64,000 bases of DNA, taken from NCBI GenBank assembly GCA_965248205.1, contig CBDFIS010000006.1, positions 6,476,276-6,540,275 on the forward strand, written 5' to 3'. Position 1 is the first letter of the stretch, and each line of letters starts with the position of its first letter. The position numbers and the translations under genes are program-made. Source of the stretch: Bryobacterales bacterium. GTDB lineage: Bacteria > Acidobacteriota > Terriglobia > Bryobacterales > UBA6623. This document shows positions 61,781 through 64,000 of this stretch, piece by piece. Under the pieces are notes generated by a model. It worked only from the letters and a program-made list of their open reading frames with translations. It had not been told where the DNA came from and ran no database searches.

Positions 61781-62568
61781 TCCGGTTCTGGGGATTCACT
61801 CTGCGGGGCTTCATCGGTTATCGTTTCGATCCCACTCGGAACACCGTACTTCTGCTGATACTGATCGTTAAGTCTCTTGCCAACGACAAACAGTTGCTGC
61901 ATAGCGGGAAGCACAACTGGATCTTGCCGGAAACGGCCATCGAAGCAGCGGTCAAAGGCATCGAGAATCCTGCCGTGGACGGCCCCCAATGTGATGAATT
62001 GCCGCTCGATCTCACGATCGTTCGTGTGAAAATAGTTGAGGTGCACCTCGCCTTTACCCTCTCCAAGAGTCTTCCATTGCCAGTCAAGGCTGTCATAGAA
62101 CTCAGGTGTGAAGTGGACGGATGCGTCTGACAGTACGCCGAGAAAGAGATCCATTGTGTCGATCAAAGGATCACCACGTACCGCTTTGAGCTGGACTTTG
62201 AAGTGCTTGGGCTTCTCGCCCTTTTGCCTCGCCAACCACCGTTCATGACGTTCTTGAAAAGCCGTCCAGCGTTCAGCATTCTCACCATCGAGTTTGATTG
62301 CTAGAGCGGTCTTTGCGGCCTCAACTGCTCTCCGGGTGATGGCAACAGAGTCCTCTGGCTGCCTTTCCAAGATCAGCATGGCTGCCGATAGAAGGGACTT
62401 ATGACAGATGAGGAGAATCCGACCAAAGGTTGTGGGGTAGCCTTCAGACGGCACGCTTCTAATCGCTACCTTGTAGGCTGCATTTATTGAACCGATCAAA
62501 TCCTTAAAATAGGGATTTCGTCTACTGCCATCGAGATTCGCTCTCCGTGCCTCGATGAATCTGTCCAT
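61777..62568 (-). CDS. Alpha-helical HEPN-like/DUF5677-like protein
   Basis: AITRRAVE and LSDASVH match the R..(l)E and S..vH pattern of DUF5677-like HEPN proteins (inference); stop overlaps the J start (ATGA). Confidence 0.5.
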   Translation of the reverse strand: MDRFIEARRANLDGSRRNPYFKDLIGSINAAYKVAIRSVPSEGYPTTFGRILLICHKSLLSAAMLILERQPEDSVAITRRAVEAAKTALAIKLDGENAERWTAFQERHERWLARQKGEKPKHFKVQLKAVRGDPLIDTMDLFLGVLSDASVHFTPEFYDSLDWQWKTLGEGKGEVHLNYFHTNDREIERQFITLGAVHGRILDAFDRCFDGRFRQDPVVLPAMQQLFVVGKRLNDQYQQKYGVPSGIETITDEAPQSESPEPE

Positions 62569-62592
62569 GGCGGGTTCTCCAAGAAAATGGCC

Positions 62593-63261
62593 TTAGATAA
62601 ACTCCCAAGGCGGATGCATTTCACCGGGGAAAAACGTCGTCGGATTCACCGGCTCGGGCGTCGGCACCGGGGGAACCTGCTCGGTGAGTTCCCGCGTGAG
62701 GTGAATAAAGCCGTTGAAACGGTGCGTCTGCGCCCGCGCCGTGCAGTCGGTGAAGGTCTTGTTGCAGACGGTGAACTCCGTCCCCGTGTAGCCGCACTCG
62801 GTGCTCTTGAACTTCCAGCTGCATTGTTGCGAGTAGACCCGCTCGGGGATGCGCCGCGCTGTCGGATCGAGTCCCGAGATCAACACCAGCTCGGCGTGCC
62901 GCCGCTCGATGCGGCACGAGGCCACGCGCCCATCGAAGACCACGACCGCCTCGTCCGCCTCGGCGTAGAGTCGTCGCAGTTTCGCAGTTGCACCGTCGAG
63001 CGTGACCGTCTTCATCAAGTCGGTGAAATAGAGGCTCGTGTTCTCGACGACAACCACAGCGCGGTCGAGCTGGAGCGAGCGGTGCTGTGTGAGTGAGTCC
63101 TCGAAGGTGAGGCGCGGAAGGTAGTCGTTTCCCCCAAAGCGCATCGTCATGTCGGCAAAGTAGAACGGCTGCGCTCCCGCCACGACGTCGAGCAACAGAT
63201 GGGTGTGGGCCTGGTTCGTGTTCTTGGCAGCGGTGAGCGTCGATGAGAGGGATCGGGGCAT
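62593..63261 (-). CDS. Minor tail protein L-like (DUF2163/BR0599-type) with C-terminal 4-Cys motif
   Basis: VFDGRV...QQCSWKFKSTECGY...CNKTFTDC...RFNGF, as in the Fe-S-binding C-terminus of lambda gpL. Confidence 0.85.
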   Translation of the reverse strand: MPRSLSSTLTAAKNTNQAHTHLLLDVVAGAQPFYFADMTMRFGGNDYLPRLTFEDSLTQHRSLQLDRAVVVVENTSLYFTDLMKTVTLDGATAKLRRLYAEADEAVVVFDGRVASCRIERRHAELVLISGLDPTARRIPERVYSQQCSWKFKSTECGYTGTEFTVCNKTFTDCTARAQTHRFNGFIHLTRELTEQVPPVPTPEPVNPTTFFPGEMHPPWEFI

Positions 63262-63267
63262 TCGATG

Positions 63268-64000
63268 TCACTTCAAGACCACACCGAGCGCAGCGGCGAT
63301 CTGCGGTCCCCAAACGTTAAAGATGCTCGCCGCTGCGCCAGCCATCCCTGCTAACTGGCTGACGCGCTGGAGCATCCGATCGAGTGTTGCCTTGTCGAGC
63401 CGCTCGTCTTCGGATCGGTCTAGTTGCTCCGTGAGTGTTCTGAGAAGGTCAAGAGCTTCGTCGCGCTGGTCGCGGCTGAGCCTCTCACTACTCTTCAGCG
63501 AATCCCTCAATTGAAAGAACCCTTCCACCACAACCACGACGGACACCGGTTCCTGGCGCTGAAGCAGTTTGTCGCCGACTAGCGAAAGCAGCTGATCGTA
63601 CTTTCGCCTGCTCTCTTGCAAGTCCTCTTGTTTGATCTCTAGGATTCTAAGAGTCTGCTCGTGCCTCACTCTCTCTAGTTGGAGTGTCTGTTCAAGTTGC
63701 AGGATGTGGAACTTGTCTGCTAGCAGGTCCTCAGGCTTTTTCCGGCCAACTACGACCAAGCCGTATTCCGTCAAGGTCTCTTCGATTGGCTCCTTCTTCC
63801 CCTCAGGCGTCTCGACAACCATTCTCACCTTGAGACCCTCTTGCTCAATTCGCACTTTGACGGGGATGTGAGGGTACTTTTGCCGGACTACGGTCCCGAA
63901 GTATTCAAGGATCGACAGGCCAGCTTGGTGATGTTGGGGCGGGAATTCGATCTGCCGAACGATTCTGTCTACTGATTCGGCGTTGGCATCATCAACAACC
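63268..64000 (-). CDS. Hypothetical non-structural protein (3' part; open to the window edge)
   Basis: Frame is open from 63999: ...RQIEFPPQHHQAGLSILEYFGTVVRQKYP...VRIEQEGLKVRMVVE..., then a coiled coil and a hydrophobic C-terminal helix. Confidence 0.7.
   Translation of the reverse strand, partial: VVDDANAESVDRIVRQIEFPPQHHQAGLSILEYFGTVVRQKYPHIPVKVRIEQEGLKVRMVVETPEGKKEPIEETLTEYGLVVVGRKKPEDLLADKFHILQLEQTLQLERVRHEQTLRILEIKQEDLQESRRKYDQLLSLVGDKLLQRQEPVSVVVVVEGFFQLRDSLKSSERLSRDQRDEALDLLRTLTEQLDRSEDERLDKATLDRMLQRVSQLAGMAGAAASIFNVWGPQIAAALGVVLK

Larger units (their letters stand above)
55548..64000 (-). mobile_element. Distal tail module of a prophage/GTA-like element (continues beyond the window)
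   Basis: L-like, J-like and large tail-associated genes in one tightly packed minus-strand operon; no capsid, lysis or integrase gene visible. Confidence 0.8.

Noticed and set aside
60734-61858. 374-aa + strand ORF and other long antisense ORFs (e.g. 20073-20771, 31912-32781, 39694-40518)
   Set aside because: Shadow ORFs opposite well-supported genes in GC-rich DNA; no motifs.

Overview
Bacterial chromosome segment, most likely from Acidobacteria (Bryobacterales/Solibacter-like). This is inferred from a TIGR03437-type C-terminal domain, an ECF/zinc anti-sigma pair and Tat-signal oxidoreductases. It has four zones. (1) 1-11.2 kb is mostly core: 5' part of mutL, an IS-broken FN3/S8 protease, a transpeptidase, an ECF sigma/anti-sigma pair, tRNA-Leu(GAG), secG, tpiA and ccmC plus an unannotated ccmD-like gene. 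(2) 11.2-46 kb is an accessory region riddled with recent insertion sequences: 4 IS4-family copies (1329 bp unit, 9-bp TSD), 3 IS1380-family copies (1670 bp unit, 4-bp TSD), 2 copies of one IS630 (1155 bp, into CTAG), a second IS630 needing a +1 frameshift, and an IS6 stub. These have broken an acyltransferase, a TPR protein and a CocE/NonD hydrolase. A LysM-pesticin-like muramidase and an SBBP surface protein are frameshifted, and a vapBC-like pair has a toxin lacking two catalytic acids. (3) 46-55.3 kb holds a tyrosine integrase beside a tRNA-Ser-like 3' att fragment, dmpFG-hpcH aldolase genes, a REPIN-like element, and an operon for an exported FMN alpha-hydroxy-acid oxidase, beta-propeller and tetraheme cytochrome. 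(4) 55.4-64 kb is the distal end of a siphovirus/GTA-like tail operon. Each structural gene alternates with a co-oriented, tightly packed non-structural gene (SIR2-like, HEPN/DUF5677-like, unknown), and the operon ends at a set of 22-bp-phased repeats. This interleaved tail/defence-like architecture is the most striking candidate for an undescribed system. All family assignments come from motif recognition by eye; no database searches were run.
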